From IMG/VR virus record IMGVR_UViG_3300031787_000074: a stretch of 64,000 nt of DNA; one strand, given 5' to 3'. Made by a program: the position numbers and the translations under genes. How positions within the stretch are numbered: the first letter of the stretch is position 1; each line of letters begins with the position of its first letter. The notes under the pieces are model-generated. The model was not told where the DNA came from. It searched no databases and saw nothing but the letters and a program-made list of their open reading frames with translations. Below are positions 28,368-37,468 of this stretch, piece after piece. Source of the stretch: an uncultured virus (IMG/VR IMGVR_UViG_3300031787_000074). Its lineage: Duplodnaviria > Heunggongvirae > Uroviricota > Caudoviricetes.

Positions 28368-31130
28368 TTAGACGACCAACTTAAGTTCAATGTTGTTAAG
28401 AGGATAAGGAATGGTCAGGTTGATTTCGACCACAACCCTGTCCTTGTAGAGAGCGTGAGCTCTTACTACAGCAACAGTACCTTCCAGAAGCTGGGGACCT
28501 GCGGAGGTTCCAGCGACGGGAGCCTTCAGGGCGTCGACAGAGGAATCTACCAAGAACCTGATGGCCTGGATGGTGTCTCTGTTGACGTTAGACTTACCGA
28601 TGAATGGAGACAGGGCTTCCTTCAACACGTAAGCTATGGCGTCAACGTTCACGCGCACCATTTCTTCTCGGGTGTTTAGATCCGAGGGATCTGTGGTAAC
28701 AGCGTGACGGTTGAAGATTTGACCTGCGGCGTTCTTGGCGATTATCCAACCGCCAGAACCAGCGACTATGTTTAGCTGACTGCCGTTGAGGCTTCCAACC
28801 AAGCTGCCCACGTCATCGATACCAGATACCGTGACATTGGTTAGGCCTTGCTGGGGAAGTACGCCTGAACGAAGACCAGCTATAGCCGCTGCAGCGAAGT
28901 AACCTGCGAAGGTTAGCCCGTTTGCGCCTACAGTGTCGTTGGCGATAGCCACAACTCTTCTGTTTGCGTACTGAGCAACCTTGTCCTTGGCAGCGTTAGC
29001 CAAATCAGTTTTGTTCAGGTTACGCCAAATTTCTACGCGCTGAGCTACGGTCACTGCTGACGTATGCCCAGATACTAGGCGCAAGCTGCCTTCAGACAAC
29101 ACTTCGTCCACAACGAACTCAGAGTAGGATTCGTTGCCAAAACCATCGGTGCTGTATAGGAAGCGAACGATGTCGCCAGCTCTTACACCGTTTGTTTGGA
29201 ACTTAGCGTTGTTAGCTGGAACTGACAGCAGGGTGTACTGAGTTCCTGAGGTGAAAGGATCGTCGGCAATCTTGGCAAGAGCCGCGCTGCCGTTAGAGGT
29301 CAAGCTGGAATCAACTACAGCCTTTACTCTAGGTACTGTGATTCCGAATACTGCTCCCTTGTAGTTAGCAACTTCAGGAGCTGATTCGGCCAGAACCTGA
29401 GCCTTCCAGGCGTCAAGGACTGTTTCGTTATCTGTTAGAGGTACCAAGTTGTAAACTTGATTGTTACCTTCTACCAGCTCAAGAGCTTGCAGCCATGATT
29501 CTGTGTCAGAGGGATCAGCGATACCCGTGAAGTACACAGGCTGGCCGTTGGAGTTTTGCAAAGCCAAAGACACGCCCCAGAACAGGGGATTGTCAGGAGA
29601 GCTCTGCCCAAGCAAACCTGGAAGGTCAGCTATGTTTGTAACGCTTTCAAGAGCGCCAACATAATCAGACAACCAAGCTCGGTACTCTACAAACAGCGTT
29701 CCGCCCTTTAGAGGCAAAGGAAGCTTAACGCCGCCGTCTGTCCAGCTTGAGTCGTAAAGCTGGATTCCGGAATGCACTGTTATTTCAGTGTCTGTTGTTG
29801 TGTAAGAAAGATTTGGAGCGTCAGCCTCCAACTCTTGAGCGATCTGCAAGTTCTTTTTGATGTAAAGCTTAAGGTCTAGGTCCGTGGCTGATTGAATAGC
29901 CTCGGGTAGGTCGTCAGCTAAGATCAGGGTTTTGATAGCGCCCTGCTTAGCTGCAGTTACTAAGACGTAATACTTGTCGCCCTTGCATAGGGCTGTTTGG
30001 TTGAAAGCAGCCGTAACGCCGTAGTTGCCTACCGGCTTAGCTACGTTTGCAGCAGTTACAACGGTAGGACCGCTTACATCGTAACCAGTTGTTGTGGTCA
30101 CGGTGATTTCGGGGCCAGAGGCATAAGCTCCGCCCTTGGTCACTTCAATAATGTAAGTAGTATCCTGAGTTCCGCTGTAAGTGCCGGCGGCTGTAATTGT
30201 AGGAGCAACGAAAGCCTGGTTTACCGTAAAGCTCCACTTCTGTCCTACAACCAGATCGTTTTCGCTAATACCGTTTAGGTTAGCTATCGAGCTGGTTGAG
30301 TTAGTGTCTACAGCGTTAAATGTTACAAGCAGGCCTCTTGTGCCAATTTCTGTGGCGCTTCCTGCCGTAGCTGGCGTTATGCTAGCTTGGTTATCTCTAC
30401 CGCTAGCGCTTGTAACTCTAAAACGAGCAGTAGTAAAGTCTGCGTCTACTGAACTTTTGATGACTTCAACAGTGTAAGTTTCTGTTATGTCACCAGTCGG
30501 TCTGCCGTCATAGGCTGATGCGTTGGCAGAGACGGTTACAGCGTTCTTTAGACCTAGTGTTTGAGAAACTACACTCAAAGTCTGATTGGTCTTGTTAGAG
30601 GAGTCGTAAACTTCTGTTGTGTTAACAGCTCCTGCTATGGTCTCACCAGCAAACCCCTTGATTGAGGTAGTTAGCTCGTAAGGAGTTCCGGAGTTGATTC
30701 CGCGCACGTAAACCACGTCGCCAATTTGGGCATCGCGGTCGTACATGACTGCAGATCTTGGATAGGACGTTCCGTTAGACTTGAACGAGGTTCCAGCGTC
30801 ACGGACTCTGTTTTTGAATCCTGATACTGGTGCTACAGTTGAACCTACGCTTGAGTCATTTACGTAGTATTCAAGAAGAGCGTCTTCGGCATACAGCTTC
30901 ACAAAGCTGAAGTCCACCTGAGACCCGGCTGGGCGCTCAGGCCACAGGTATGGAGTGTCGCTTACAGAGTCGTACTCTCCAAGATTGATGACATCCTTTT
31001 CATCAGAATTGGAGTACCTGAAAAGCTTGGCTTGAGGTCCAGCGATGTGTGCCGATCTTGGCACAGCCGTGGCCGCAGGCGCGATATTGAATTCTTGGAA
31101 TACCAAAACCTGTGGAAGAACGTATGCCAT
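28368..31130 (-). CDS. Contractile tail sheath protein
   Basis: 920 aa. MAYVLPQVLVFQEF N-terminus; C-terminal sheath domain (RHAVTT...REEMVRVNVD...FIGKSN...IPYPLNNIELKLVV). Confidence 0.9.
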   Translation of the reverse strand: MAYVLPQVLVFQEFNIAPAATAVPRSAHIAGPQAKLFRYSNSDEKDVINLGEYDSVSDTPYLWPERPAGSQVDFSFVKLYAEDALLEYYVNDSSVGSTVAPVSGFKNRVRDAGTSFKSNGTSYPRSAVMYDRDAQIGDVVYVRGINSGTPYELTTSIKGFAGETIAGAVNTTEVYDSSNKTNQTLSVVSQTLGLKNAVTVSANASAYDGRPTGDITETYTVEVIKSSVDADFTTARFRVTSASGRDNQASITPATAGSATEIGTRGLLVTFNAVDTNSTSSIANLNGISENDLVVGQKWSFTVNQAFVAPTITAAGTYSGTQDTTYIIEVTKGGAYASGPEITVTTTTGYDVSGPTVVTAANVAKPVGNYGVTAAFNQTALCKGDKYYVLVTAAKQGAIKTLILADDLPEAIQSATDLDLKLYIKKNLQIAQELEADAPNLSYTTTDTEITVHSGIQLYDSSWTDGGVKLPLPLKGGTLFVEYRAWLSDYVGALESVTNIADLPGLLGQSSPDNPLFWGVSLALQNSNGQPVYFTGIADPSDTESWLQALELVEGNNQVYNLVPLTDNETVLDAWKAQVLAESAPEVANYKGAVFGITVPRVKAVVDSSLTSNGSAALAKIADDPFTSGTQYTLLSVPANNAKFQTNGVRAGDIVRFLYSTDGFGNESYSEFVVDEVLSEGSLRLVSGHTSAVTVAQRVEIWRNLNKTDLANAAKDKVAQYANRRVVAIANDTVGANGLTFAGYFAAAAIAGLRSGVLPQQGLTNVTVSGIDDVGSLVGSLNGSQLNIVAGSGGWIIAKNAAGQIFNRHAVTTDPSDLNTREEMVRVNVDAIAYVLKEALSPFIGKSNVNRDTIQAIRFLVDSSVDALKAPVAGTSAGPQLLEGTVAVVRAHALYKDRVVVEINLTIPYPLNNIELKLVV

Positions 31131-31162
31131 GGTTTCCTCCGTAAGAGCCCCTACTCGTTAAT

Positions 31163-31789
31163 TTAAGGGATGAACTTAGACAACACAATCCTTTTCAACA
31201 CTGGACTTTGCGTTACAAGCTGCCAATTTTCATCAGCAGCATACGACACTGTTACCGGTACGCCGTAATTCTCTTTCGATTCCTCAAGCTCAAAAAGTCC
31301 GCCGACTTGAGCTAAGGTGAATCGTTTAAGATCTAGTTCTTGTCTGATTATCGGGCCAAACTGCATCATTTCTCTGTAAACTTCAGCAGCCAATATTTCT
31401 GCTTCTGTACCCTTGCCCGATATGCAGAAGAAAGTGTGGCTGCCTGTAATCAATGCTGAATAATCTCTAGCTCCTGTTAATGGTACATTACCGAGGTACC
31501 TATCGTCTATACTGATTCTTTGCACTTGCCAGTCATTTCTTTTAATTATGATTGCAGGCCTTTTTTGGGTCAAGTCAGGCCTCCATTGAGTTATAGATTC
31601 AACAACTAAATCTGTTGAAGGTACAGCTTTCCATAACTTACCCCTTAACTCTTTTGCCTCTATATTGTTAGGGTCTGAAAAGTGATTTATAAACCACTCT
31701 CTAAAGAACCCAGTCATCAAATGGGGTCTTGGCGCTATTGAGCACCAGTTGCTTATCTTCTCTGGGTCATGCGTCTCTGGCGTGCTCAT
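31163..31789 (-). CDS. Tail completion/terminator-like protein
   Basis: 208 aa. QKRPAIIIKR motif; position between neck genes and sheath. Confidence 0.55.
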   Translation of the reverse strand: MSTPETHDPEKISNWCSIAPRPHLMTGFFREWFINHFSDPNNIEAKELRGKLWKAVPSTDLVVESITQWRPDLTQKRPAIIIKRNDWQVQRISIDDRYLGNVPLTGARDYSALITGSHTFFCISGKGTEAEILAAEVYREMMQFGPIIRQELDLKRFTLAQVGGLFELEESKENYGVPVTVSYAADENWQLVTQSPVLKRIVLSKFIP

Positions 31790-31925
31790 TATTCTTCTCC
31801 AAACCCAGAGACTTAGCTATAACTTTTTTAAGATTTTCGTCAGGTTCCCAATTAAGCAGACTTTTCTTGGGAAGAAGCGTTGTTCTCTTAGTGTTATCGT
31901 CAAGAGTTTTAGCGGGCTTGTCCAT
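31767..31925 (-). CDS. Small hypothetical protein (52 aa, below the ORF-track cutoff)
   Basis: ATG overlaps the upstream TAA (TAATG); reads MDKPAKTLDD...NEHARDA and fills the intergenic gap. Confidence 0.45.
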   Translation of the reverse strand: MDKPAKTLDDNTKRTTLLPKKSLLNWEPDENLKKVIAKSLGLEKNNEHARDA

Positions 31926-32742
31926 TAAGATCCCTCTAAAGGAATAGTATAAACTATATCAGAGAAATTAGCCTGTCTAACGTTTACTTTGGTGACAATA
32001 GGATAACCGCGCATTTCCGCAGCCGCCACCACTTCGTGAATTATAAATCTCCTGTCGCTTCCAGAGTCTACGAACACGTCGTAGCTGTCTGGTATTGGAT
32101 CTCCAAGCATTCGGCACTCTTGAAACACAACTTCTTTTTAGTGCCTACAGCCTGGACGTTGACCATCTCTTCTCTTGCTGCGTGCAAAGCTAGCTCTAGA
32201 TATGAAGGGACTGCTGCAAAATATCCTTGAGTTATTCCAGTACCTTTGCATACAGAGCAGTTGCTGTCAGTTACTTCTTCAGTCAAATAGTCCGTACAGG
32301 TAGTACATCGCGACCCGTAACGTTTCCTTTTTAAGAGAAATCCCTTCAATGAAGTGTACTTTTTATGCCTAAGGGTTTCTTTTCTAATTACGTCTCTAGA
32401 TAGACGCCAATCTCTAAATTGTAAGTTTTTACTAGCTGAAACTATCTCTGAATAGTAAGTGCGTACTGGAGTTACTAGCTTAACTCGGTAATAAAAATCT
32501 TGAGTTTGAGCGAATATCCTTTTTTCATCATCTTCCAAAAAATAAGTGTTAGTAGCCGATAAGCCTATGTTTGAAAACTGAGGATTGTTTGTAGAAGAGT
32601 AAGCGCCCTGCAGAGTAAACGTATGAGGCTGTTTGTCTGTAAACAGCCTGGACAATACCCATTCAACTCTAGTCGTTCCCTCGACAGAGTATTTTATAAA
32701 GACCCGTTCAAACGGACTGGCTATTTGTGACCTGTCGGTCAT
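31925..32742 (-). CDS. Neck/head-closure protein with CxxC..CxxC zinc finger, interrupted by a frameshift
   Basis: ORFs 32068-32742 and 31925-32128 join into one protein (...GTKK-EVVFQECRMLGDP...) via a -1 shift or one missing A at ACT AAA AAG. Confidence 0.55.
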
Positions 32743-32745
32743 GGC

Positions 32746-33672
32746 TTATCTCCAACGGCCACCGTAATCGTAGCCAGAGCCGAACGAGCCGTTCCAGTTT
32801 TGAGCGTTGTACTGGGCTTTCTTGTTCTTTACCCAAGCTTGGTATTCTCCAAGCATCTGAGCGCCCATCTGCTCGTATTCTGCGGCTTTGTTCTTGTCGT
32901 CTATCTGCATACCGCCAGCAGAGTAAGGAAGATGGTTTCTTCTGTAGTGCTTTGCAGCTATCTGGTACAGATATCCCATTATCCCGTTTAGTAGCATGAC
33001 GGGATTTGGAAAATTGGTGCTGTCAAACTTCTGGGTTATTGGAGGCTGAGCTGAATTGAAATGCTGCAAGCATCGTATAGCTGATTCTACAATTTCTGTA
33101 AGATCGAACTCTAGTTCAGACAACAAATAGTTATCTTCTGGAGAATTGTCCCTGAGAAACACTCTGATGTCTTCAGGGGAAGGAACTCCCTTGAAATTAA
33201 CGTTTGTTCCAAACTCGCCTCTATCTACCATCAAGAAAAAGGAAGAAGTAAACAGTATTGACGAGTCAGAGTCCATGAACGCAAACTGACCGCGCATTAT
33301 TCCATTCAGTTCAGTGGCGGCTGCAGGCACTCTAGCCCTAATTACTCCAGCCTCTGGGTTTATGACAATAGCTTCTAGTTCTACTGGAGCGTTTTCTTGT
33401 GATTCGCTTATAACCTCACGCATTTTTCCTATTATTCTTTGAGACCCGGATCCTTCGCTCATTGAGCTTGAAATGCTTGAGCTGAAACCGCACTCAGTAA
33501 GGTTTATAGGTCTGCCTTCGGAATCCCTCAGGACTAACTCCATTACCGGAGTAACTCCCTGACTGGTTAGCAAAGAAGGTATCTTGGCCAGTATAGGCTG
33601 ACCTTCAACTCGGGTTACTCTAGGTCTGATTATGATTTGTTCAGAACAATTGATTATCGAAGGATCAGGCAT
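32746..33672 (-). CDS. Head-tail adaptor/neck protein with N-terminal Ig-like domain
   Basis: 308 aa. LVLRDSEGRPINLT (BppU-like) followed by a helical domain (IRVFLRD...RNHLPYSAGG); first gene of the neck block. Confidence 0.55.
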   Translation of the reverse strand: MPDPSIINCSEQIIIRPRVTRVEGQPILAKIPSLLTSQGVTPVMELVLRDSEGRPINLTECGFSSSISSSMSEGSGSQRIIGKMREVISESQENAPVELEAIVINPEAGVIRARVPAAATELNGIMRGQFAFMDSDSSILFTSSFFLMVDRGEFGTNVNFKGVPSPEDIRVFLRDNSPEDNYLLSELEFDLTEIVESAIRCLQHFNSAQPPITQKFDSTNFPNPVMLLNGIMGYLYQIAAKHYRRNHLPYSAGGMQIDDKNKAAEYEQMGAQMLGEYQAWVKNKKAQYNAQNWNGSFGSGYDYGGRWR

Positions 33673-33748
33673 TTATTGACCCTCTGGGTAAATTTAGTTT
33701 ATAGCTTATTTGGTCATACTACCATACGTAACTTTATGCCTGATAGCT

Positions 33749-33787
33749 AAAAAAAACCCACCGCCAAGGCGCTAGCCTCAACGGTGG
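33749..33787 (-). terminator. Rho-independent terminator
   Basis: CCACCGTTGAGGC-TAGC-GCCTTGGCGGTGG stem followed by G and T8, just after the stop of 33794-34195. Confidence 0.85.
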
Positions 33788-33793
33788 TTCTGG

Positions 33794-34195
33794 TTAAACC
33801 AGCTTGAACGTCATAGCGGCCAGAGCCGCAAGGCTGGTTATGAGCCAGGCTCCTCCAAGCACCGCCGCTGAAAAGAATGCGGCCTTGAAAACTACAAACA
33901 GCGCTGTTTGTAGTTTTTTCTCCAATTCTTTCATGATGAGGAAAAAAACGGAGAAAACAGCAAAAGAAGCGGCTGCCTCAAAACAAACGCCATCCTTACC
34001 CTCAACTTCTGTTGAGAGTATAGGGCTCTGCTGATCCACCTCCACAACACTCTTGTGTCCTGGGAGGTGAAGCCAGCCGCCATCCGGCAGCTGGCTGAAA
34101 TGGTCGCCGTTTGCGGCGGCGGCCTTAGCGGCCCTGCTGGCCGCTTTGGCCTGGTCTGGGCCGAAGACTCTGAGGTTGTTGTGTTTAATTTCCAT
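33794..34195 (-). CDS. Membrane protein (two C-terminal hydrophobic helices)
   Basis: 133 aa. FEAAASFAVFSVFFLIM and LFVVFKAAFFSAAVLGGAWLITSLAALAA; GGAG SD; own terminator. Confidence 0.6.
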   Translation of the reverse strand: MEIKHNNLRVFGPDQAKAASRAAKAAAANGDHFSQLPDGGWLHLPGHKSVVEVDQQSPILSTEVEGKDGVCFEAAASFAVFSVFFLIMKELEKKLQTALFVVFKAAFFSAAVLGGAWLITSLAALAAMTFKLV

Positions 34196-34224
34196 GTTCG
34201 TCTCCAGAAATGCTAATTAGACAC

Positions 34225-34243
34225 CATATGAATATGACAGGTT
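34225..34243 (-). promoter_or_regulatory. Conserved upstream motif copy 1 (AACCTGTCATATTCATATG), candidate promoter
   Basis: 16/19 identical to 34972-34990; contains an extended -10-like TGnCATAWT; lies between a terminator and a gene start. Confidence 0.55.
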
Positions 34244-34271
34244 TAAAGCTCGACTTAAGTAACTGACGGCT

Positions 34272-34310
34272 AAAAAAAAGTCCCTCAATGCGCTTTGGCG
34301 TTGAGGGACT
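34272..34310 (-). terminator. Rho-independent terminator
   Basis: AGTCCCTCAA...TTGAGGGACT stem running into a T8 tract, after 34328-34918. Confidence 0.85.
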
Positions 34311-34327
34311 AATTGTGACACTAAAAA

Positions 34328-34918
34328 CTAACTAAAGTTTTTAGCATACCATGTCCAACCGTAGCCCGCTGCAACGCAGGCCACTATTGGAAAAACTACA
34401 GGTAGTTCTGAGTAAAAATATCTACAGGCGAAAAAGACGGCGATGCCGCCTACTACTGGCATCAGAGAGACACCTCCTGATGCCTTAGGCCTCTCTCTGA
34501 CGTTTCCTGAAGCCTCAGTATCGTAGTCTTCTTGCCGGAACTTGTCCGCCAATTCCATGACGGACTTGACGTTCCGTTCTAGCCTAGCAACTACCTCCTT
34601 CCCCAAATCATTTTTAGCCTCATCTTCTTTTATTGCTTTGATTATTTCTTCGTCGGACATACCTAGTTTGTTCCGTTCGTTGAAATATCTTTGTTTATTT
34701 ATCTGCACCGCCAACATCCTGTTGATCGCGTACGTCTGAGGCGACGGCTTATCCATCACCTCAAACTCAGCGTCAATAACGTCGTCAGAATCCTTTTCAG
34801 GTTTTCTGTCGTGCCTGCTGCTGTCTTGGCTTTTATGCCTCCTTTGTTGGCTACCGTTTTTCTTTTTACGATTACCGCCAATGGAAAAAGACTCACCTTC
34901 ACCAAGGTTCCAGCTCAT
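34328..34918 (-). CDS. Membrane-anchored protein (charged N-terminus, two C-terminal TM helices)
   Basis: 196 aa. DDVIDAEFEV motif, then LMPVVGGIAVFFAC and VVFPIVACVAAGYGW; GGGAG SD. Confidence 0.65.
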   Translation of the reverse strand: MSWNLGEGESFSIGGNRKKKNGSQQRRHKSQDSSRHDRKPEKDSDDVIDAEFEVMDKPSPQTYAINRMLAVQINKQRYFNERNKLGMSDEEIIKAIKEDEAKNDLGKEVVARLERNVKSVMELADKFRQEDYDTEASGNVRERPKASGGVSLMPVVGGIAVFFACRYFYSELPVVFPIVACVAAGYGWTWYAKNFS

Positions 34919-34971
34919 GGTAACACTCCCAACCCTTCAGCTGCCGCGAAAGCGAACAGATATACTGAGGG

Positions 34972-34990
34972 CATAGGATTATGACAGATT
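34972..34990 (-). promoter_or_regulatory. Conserved upstream motif copy 2 (AATCTGTCATAATCCTATG), candidate promoter
   Basis: Near-identical to 34225-34243; TGTCATAAT is extended -10-like. Confidence 0.55.
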
Positions 34991-34999
34991 TTTGAGTAC

Positions 35000-35039
35000 A
35001 AAATAAAACCACCGCTCCCTTTTGAGAGCGGTGGTTTTA
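35000..35039. terminator. Rho-independent terminator (likely bidirectional) closing the capsid operon
   Basis: TAAAACCACCGCTC / GAGCGGTGGTTTTA perfect inverted repeat with T runs on both strands. Confidence 0.85.
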
Positions 35040-35074
35040 AATATCTAGTCTCTGTTACTACTGACTTAGTTAAA

Positions 35075-35416
35075 TCAGGAGATAGAGCTAGAGTACGCGC
35101 CCCAGCAAGGATCGACGTCGTTGACCACGCTGTTTGCAACAGTGATGATCTTGGTGACGTCTAGGGTTGCGTCGTAGTAGTGTTGGGAAGGAGTGCTTAC
35201 GATCACTAGGTCGCCAGAGTTTACCGCAGCTTCAAACCCTGCCAGTTGACGGGCGCGGGTTCTGAAGTTGGGCTGACTTAGGCGAGTGACTAGGTCACCA
35301 GTGAACGTATACTCTTCACCAGGAGCAAGGCGCTTGCCATGAGCCCCGAGAAAACCAAAGAACTTGGTTGCCCCGGACATGTTGCGCACTTTTGTTTGAA
35401 GGCAAGTGATTGCCAT
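35075..35416 (-). CDS. Small virion protein (capsid operon)
   Basis: 113 aa; GGAGG SD; last gene before the terminator. Confidence 0.6.
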   Translation of the reverse strand: MAITCLQTKVRNMSGATKFFGFLGAHGKRLAPGEEYTFTGDLVTRLSQPNFRTRARQLAGFEAAVNSGDLVIVSTPSQHYYDATLDVTKIITVANSVVNDVDPCWGAYSSSIS

Positions 35417-35430
35417 TTAAAACCTCCGGT

Positions 35431-35829
35431 TTAGTTAGCGGCCAGGTGTTCAGCGATAGCTTGGTGGTACACGGCCACGGCTTCTCTGACGTTAGGATTT
35501 AAAGCTAGATTGGCTGCGGCTGCCTTTACCAGACTTTCTTGCTGGGCTGACTTAACCTGAGCTTCGTTACCTAGGCTCGAGGGATTAAGTACGCCTTCAA
35601 GGTTCTGAGCGGCTGCAGTAATCAGGCTGCTGTGAGCGCTGGCTTGCTTGGCCAGTTCCTGTTCCTGAATGCTAGTAATGCTGCTAGCAATTTTTAGAAG
35701 TTGTGCAACTTCTTCTTCAGTCTGAGGAACAATGCCGTAATCGCTTGCCAGCTTCTCTAGGAAGACAGGCACATACACTTCCTGCATGAGGAAAGCATGG
35801 GCAGCTTCTGGAGTAGCGTTGGTGGACAT
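35431..35829 (-). CDS. K-x-A-rich head protein (scaffold/core-like)
   Basis: 132 aa, helical. All five lysines occur in K-x-A (KLA, KIA, KQA, KSA, KAA). Confidence 0.6.
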   Translation of the reverse strand: MSTNATPEAAHAFLMQEVYVPVFLEKLASDYGIVPQTEEEVAQLLKIASSITSIQEQELAKQASAHSSLITAAAQNLEGVLNPSSLGNEAQVKSAQQESLVKAAAANLALNPNVREAVAVYHQAIAEHLAAN

Positions 35830-35853
35830 CTAAGTTGCTCCTTTCTTTGCACG

Positions 35854-35885
35854 ACAGGGTAGCGGCGGTTAAGCCGCTACCCTGT
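35854..35885. promoter_or_regulatory. Perfect 13-bp hairpin downstream of the major capsid gene
   Basis: ACAGGGTAGCGGC-GGTTAA-GCCGCTACCCTGT; no U-tract on the coding strand. Confidence 0.7.
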
Positions 35886-35896
35886 TACGATGCGGA

Positions 35897-36829
35897 TCAA
35901 GCGAAGTCGGCGCGGGCCAGAGAGTTGGTGTTGCCGATAGCGCCACCAATTGTCTCGTAAGCAAAGAACTCAAGCATGTAAGCCTTACGCTCGATGTACA
36001 TTGTGGTGTCTTCGAGGACGTAGGACTTGCCCATGAACTTGGGATCAGCAAACAAGTACATTGAGTCGCTGGGGACCAAGTCTTGCTTGATGGTGATGAT
36101 CCAGTTGGCGTTCATGAAGTTCTGCTCAGACCAGCCGTTCTTGAAGACGTCCTGGCTGAAGTCACCACCCATTTCTTCACGACCAAACTTCATGATCTCG
36201 CGGATCGTGAGGTTGTTCAGAAGAACTGTGCCGGTTTCTAGGCGGCTGATGGTGCGGGGCAGAATCTTGAAAGCCTCTTGGAGGTTATCACGAGTGATAC
36301 CGCCGTAGAGGGTTTCCCACTGAACAACGCCGGAGTTGGTGTTGGTGGCGTCGGCGGAGCCGCCCAAGCCAGCATCAACAGAGGCCAAGAACTTGCGGTC
36401 TTCTTCAGCCAGCATGTCCTTGATGGAGTTGTCAGAAAGAACCTGACGGATGTCGATGTAGTACGTCCGTAGTTCGTCAACGTCCTTGGTGAACCGAGGG
36501 GTGACGATACGATCGAAGCTAACGCGATAGCGCTGGCCGCGAATGTACAGGTTCATTGGTAGGGTGGCGAAGGGGATGCTGATCGCGGCGGGGGAATCCG
36601 GCTCGCGGTCAACAATCTTCACGGGCTTGTCGGTATCAACCTGACGATCGAGATCGTCATTGCTGATCTGGACGGGTGGAAGGATTCTGCGGTAGAAGCC
36701 TTCTTCACGCATCCTGTACCGGGTGAAGTCATTAACAGCGTCAAGTGCGCGCTTTTCCATGCCTGGGGTTTCCAGGTAGGACATGAAGGTCTCGTTGCGC
36801 AGCTTGACATCTTCGCTAACTGATGCCAT
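35897..36829 (-). CDS. Major capsid protein (HK97-fold)
   Basis: 310 aa. IKDMLAEEDRKFL spine-helix-like segment and LEFFAYETIGGAIGN C-terminus. Order protease-scaffold-decoration-MCP; GC3-rich codons. Confidence 0.8.
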   Translation of the reverse strand: MASVSEDVKLRNETFMSYLETPGMEKRALDAVNDFTRYRMREEGFYRRILPPVQISNDDLDRQVDTDKPVKIVDREPDSPAAISIPFATLPMNLYIRGQRYRVSFDRIVTPRFTKDVDELRTYYIDIRQVLSDNSIKDMLAEEDRKFLASVDAGLGGSADATNTNSGVVQWETLYGGITRDNLQEAFKILPRTISRLETGTVLLNNLTIREIMKFGREEMGGDFSQDVFKNGWSEQNFMNANWIITIKQDLVPSDSMYLFADPKFMGKSYVLEDTTMYIERKAYMLEFFAYETIGGAIGNTNSLARADFA

Positions 36830-36865
36830 GTCTAAATTCTCCTGCAGTTACCTTGGGGTTAAGAA

Positions 36866-37444
36866 TTAGTTACCAGTCTTGCCGGGTTTGTAAACGGGCC
36901 AGAACGCCAACACGGTGTTGCGGTCAGACTGACGCTTACGAGGAGCGCGGCTTACAACCCCTACAATCGCTGTGGGGTTGGTGCTGCTGCTTAGCGAAGA
37001 TGAGTTTTCCAGAGTTATGACGCTCTGGTTTGTCAAACGACCACCGGTTGTCTGGTTGCTGTTGCTAGCAACAGCGCGCAGGTAATCGTTAGGGTAGTAA
37101 GTCTGAGCGGTGTCGAACTCGGTTGTTTCGAGTTCATAAGCGCCCTTGGCTACCAAACCCGTCAAGTTACCGTCAGGTCCGATGGGATACCAGAGAGCTC
37201 CGCCGTTTCCGTTGGAGTCGCCAGAATTAGCCACATCGCTATCGGTACTGTTCTGCAGCAAGAAGATAGGCATCTGGGAACCCAGAACACCCATTTCAAA
37301 CTCACCGTCGTTGTTCAGGTGAACGCAACGACCAGCGTAAGCTGTGATCGTGACGTTGTCGCTGAGCTTAGCGGTGAAGTCCAGGGCGGCCATGTGGAAC
37401 CAGCCCTTAACCGCATCCAAGGTGTGAGCAAACATCTGAGCCAT
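36866..37444 (-). CDS. Capsid decoration/cement protein
   Basis: 192 aa, beta-rich (YELETTEFD..QTY.PND.L...G.LT); directly upstream of MCP; AGGAGG SD. Confidence 0.6.
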   Translation of the reverse strand: MAQMFAHTLDAVKGWFHMAALDFTAKLSDNVTITAYAGRCVHLNNDGEFEMGVLGSQMPIFLLQNSTDSDVANSGDSNGNGGALWYPIGPDGNLTGLVAKGAYELETTEFDTAQTYYPNDYLRAVASNSNQTTGGRLTNQSVITLENSSSLSSSTNPTAIVGVVSRAPRKRQSDRNTVLAFWPVYKPGKTGN

Positions 37445-37468
37445 GTCAAAAACCTCCTAAGGTTAGAA

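Noticed and set aside
13483..31130. Extracellular contractile injection system or T6SS
   Set aside because: The tail genes are contiguous with neck, capsid, scaffold and protease genes.
33680..35075. tRNA or other structured ncRNA in the intergenic hairpins
   Set aside because: The hairpins are single stems with U-tracts; no cloverleaf or T-loop consensus was found by eye.
34915..35139. 74-aa minus-strand ORF
   Set aside because: It runs through a strong terminator and the candidate promoter and overlaps the 113-aa gene, so it is likely spurious.
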